Assembly: GCF_009914755.1 (NCBI RefSeq) | Contig: NC_060932.1 | Length of the DNA stretch: 64,000 nucleotides | Reading direction: 5' to 3' (one strand) | From: the human T2T-CHM13v2.0 reference genome, Homo sapiens | Shown here: positions 61,377 through 64,000 of the stretch, one piece after another | Layout of the letters: each line of letters opens with the position of its first letter | How positions within the stretch are numbered: position 1 is the first letter of the stretch | Program-made: the position numbers and the translations under genes | Notes under the pieces: generated by a model | Told to the model about the DNA's origin: nothing | Databases searched by the model: none | The model's input: the letters and a program-made list of their open reading frames with translations, nothing else

Positions 61377-64000
61377 TTCCGGAAGCATTTAACAGACCTA
61401 ACAACCTTTCAAACCGCATGGCGTTTCTTTCCCGGATCCCGTTTCAGGAACGTTTCTGTTGGCTACAAGGACCGTCTCCAACATGCTTAGGCTCTGTGAA
61501 CTTTCCCAGGATCCTGAGTAGGGTATCCGCCATTCGTCCTTAGGGCTCCGGGATGTCTCGTTCTTACTGTGTCCCTGCCAACCCTGGTCCCATCTCGTCA
61601 TGATCACCCACTGCAGAAGAGAGGAGGTGCTAGAGTGAACAGGGTCAGGGGAGCCCCGTTCATCCCCAGGGTCCCAGAATGAACCAGTGTTACCATGTAC
61701 CCCTGCCCTTGCCTTCCTCCCTGCTCTAATGGCCGTGTGTTAGCCGGAGATCAGTTTGGGTCTGGGTGCTATGGGTCTGTTGCGCCTGTGGCCTTGGTCC
61801 GGCCTCTGTCCTTGTCTCTGTGAAATGAGAGTGACTGTGCCTGAGAGCGTTCCAGCAAGACAATGATGATCTCCACTGTCTGATTCCCGCTTCCCAGGTT
61901 CTCACAGTAGACGAGGAGCCTGTTTTTCAGCTAGCTGCCGCAAGGGGGCTGGAAATTTCTCCCTTCAGAGTGGACCTGGAAGGCTTGGAAGCATCTGGAG
62001 AAGGGCATGGCCACGAGTAGAGAAATCCAGGCTACAGGCAGAAGTGGGAGGAAGCGAGAGAGGAAGACTCATGGAAAGCCTTGCTGCACTCGCCAAAAGA
62101 GCTGCCCTCGGACTCAAGAGGGCCACGTTCAATGCCAACCTGACATAAGGTAGTCACCTCTGGAGCACTTGTGGCCTGGGGCAAAAACACAGCTGGATTG
62201 AAGGAAGAGTCTTCCCTGTTCCCAGAGGGGCACTGACTGGAAATGAGCATGAAGGTGGGGTCCCTAAAGGGCCACAGAACGAGGCCCTATGCAGGTGTCG
62301 GTACAGACTGCCCCAAAAGCCCCCTGAGAAGTTGGTCCTGGGGTGTAAGAGGAAGGCACAGTGAAGAGCAGGAGTGAAAGCTGCTTCAGCACTTTGGAGC
62401 AGGAAGGAAAGGAAGTGAGATACAGTTGGAAGAGGGCGAAGCGGGCAACCTGAGGGATGGAGTGCAGGGTTTGACCTTCGATTCTGGATCTCCTCCATTA
62501 GCAGGCTTCCGGGGTGGCGTTGTTGCCTCTCTGCCGATCCTTCCTTCGGGTGGGGCTGTCGACTGGCACCACGGCCTGTCAGACCGTGGGCGGGGGGCGT
62601 TGCAGGCACAGTGCGGTTCCTAGTCTTAGGCATGCTCACTTGAGGCGTTCTTCCCCTACCTGTCGACTGATCTCAGAGGAAGGAGACTGAGCTGCTCAGC
62701 CCTGCCGGTGTGGCTGGCAGGGTGTCCCGCATTAGCCCATGTGCCCGACTCCTGGGATCTTACAGGGAGGCTGCTGATGTCCACCTTCCAGTGCTTCCGT
62801 CCGTTGGGAGCCTGCCCTTCCTTGGCGCCGGCCGGCCGTGAGCGGTTATCCTCCATAGATAGGGTTCAAGAACCGCCCAACCGTCACCTCATGGTCATCT
62901 GACATTCCTGGTGGTGGTAGGGGGACCCCCTGGTTCCATGCTCACATCAGACCAGCTACCTCGAGTGACAGGAACGTCTGACAGGATTGCACATGTGGCA
63001 GAAGAGCATCCGAGAAGGATGAAGGTTTGGCAGAAGAAACACCTGCCAGATCAGACGTGAATGTGTGGCAGAAAGCCCATCTGGGAAGATTGCACACTGG
63101 GCAGAAGGAAGAGCTAAGAACGTTGTACAGACAGCGGAAGGAGTGCCTGTGGAGATTGCCCGGTGGGCGGTGGTAGCATCTGAGAGGATTGCGGGGTGGG
63201 AGGGAGGATGAGCTGGGAAGGATGCAAGGCCTGGGGAGGCAACATGTGAAGACGATTAAATATGTGGCAGGAGAAACACCTGAGAAGATGGGATGCTTGG
63301 CAAGGGGAACAAGGCCCGGAATGGAGTGTTCGGGAGAAGAGACGCTTAGGGAGATTGCATGTGTGGCAGAAGGAACACGTGAGAAGGTTGCCATGGTGGA
63401 CAGCAGAAAAATTGCAGCCGATGGCACAGCGGTGGGGAGGAAAACATAGGAAGCTTGCAAGCGCGTGGCCTGCGAAAGAAGCATCTGAAGAGATGGCATG
63501 TCTGGCAGAGGACACATTGGGCAAGATTCCACGTTTGGCAGCAGGCCCGTGAGCGGCGACAGACGCGTATGGGCCTGTGGCAACCTCGGTTCCTGCCTCC
63601 TGAGAAGAAAGACATCGAGTGGCACACGGTAGAGTGAGAGACCGAGGCACGCATTAGAGCAGGGGCGAAAGTTCCTGAAATGGTATCGTGGCAGGAGCCA
63701 AAGGAAGTCAAGGAGGCTTGGAAGAGGCCCAGGTGGGCGGTGACCTGAGAGGTGGAGTACAGGACTGGACCTTGGACTCAGGGTCTCCCGCGTCGGCAGC
63801 ATCGCTGCCTGTCCTCTGATGCTTCCCTCGGCGGGGAAGAGGGGGCTGTTCACTAGCACAGTGGCCTGTCACCATCTCATGGGGGTGCGGAGGCGCCGTG
63901 TGCTTACTGGAGTTGTTCTCATGCTCTCTTGAGGCGTTCCTCCCACAAGCAGATGAATGTGCCCAGGGGAAAACATCCCAGATCAGTGAACCTTCCACCA

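Larger units (their letters stand above)
52585..64000. repeat. Macrosatellite tandem array, 5381-bp period, ~2.1 near-identical copies, continuing beyond the window
   Basis: ORFs in the track recur at +5381 (52946/58327/63708, 55825/61206, 57561/62942); only about a dozen substitutions seen by eye. Confidence 0.98.

Noticed and set aside
50860-64000. Short recurring motif tggcagaagga as a possible CRISPR-like repeat-spacer array
   Set aside because: The DNA is eukaryotic, the units are contiguous degenerate 33-mers with no unique spacers, and there are no cas genes.

Overview
Primate, almost certainly human, genomic DNA: it carries Alus, an L1PA3-type LINE and a HERV-K(HML-2) LTR5. I find no intact cellular protein-coding gene. 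Bases 1-40 kb are repeat-rich, intron-like sequence containing a full-length antisense L1PA3-type element (5444-11535), a MER4A solo LTR, an old L1, a Tigger1 fragment, Alus and MERs. A CpG-rich promoter at about 40.1-41.1 kb starts an unprocessed ANKRD30A/ANKRD26-family pseudogene on the + strand. Exons 1, 2, 3 and a 6-like exon are recognisable with their GT/AG splice sites, exons 4-5 are not found, and a solo LTR5_Hs sits in intron 3. Directly after the last exon, from about 48.9 kb to the window end, lies a macrosatellite with a 5381-bp period: a diverged edge copy followed by about 2.1 near-identical copies. Each monomer holds three ~1.3-kb sub-repeats, and each of those carries a block of degenerate 33-bp repeats that translate to the 11-aa motif of ANKRD30A exon 7. 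The array therefore appears to be an amplified intron-6/exon-7 segment of the dead gene. Repeat-family and gene-family assignments are from recalled consensus sequences, not database searches.
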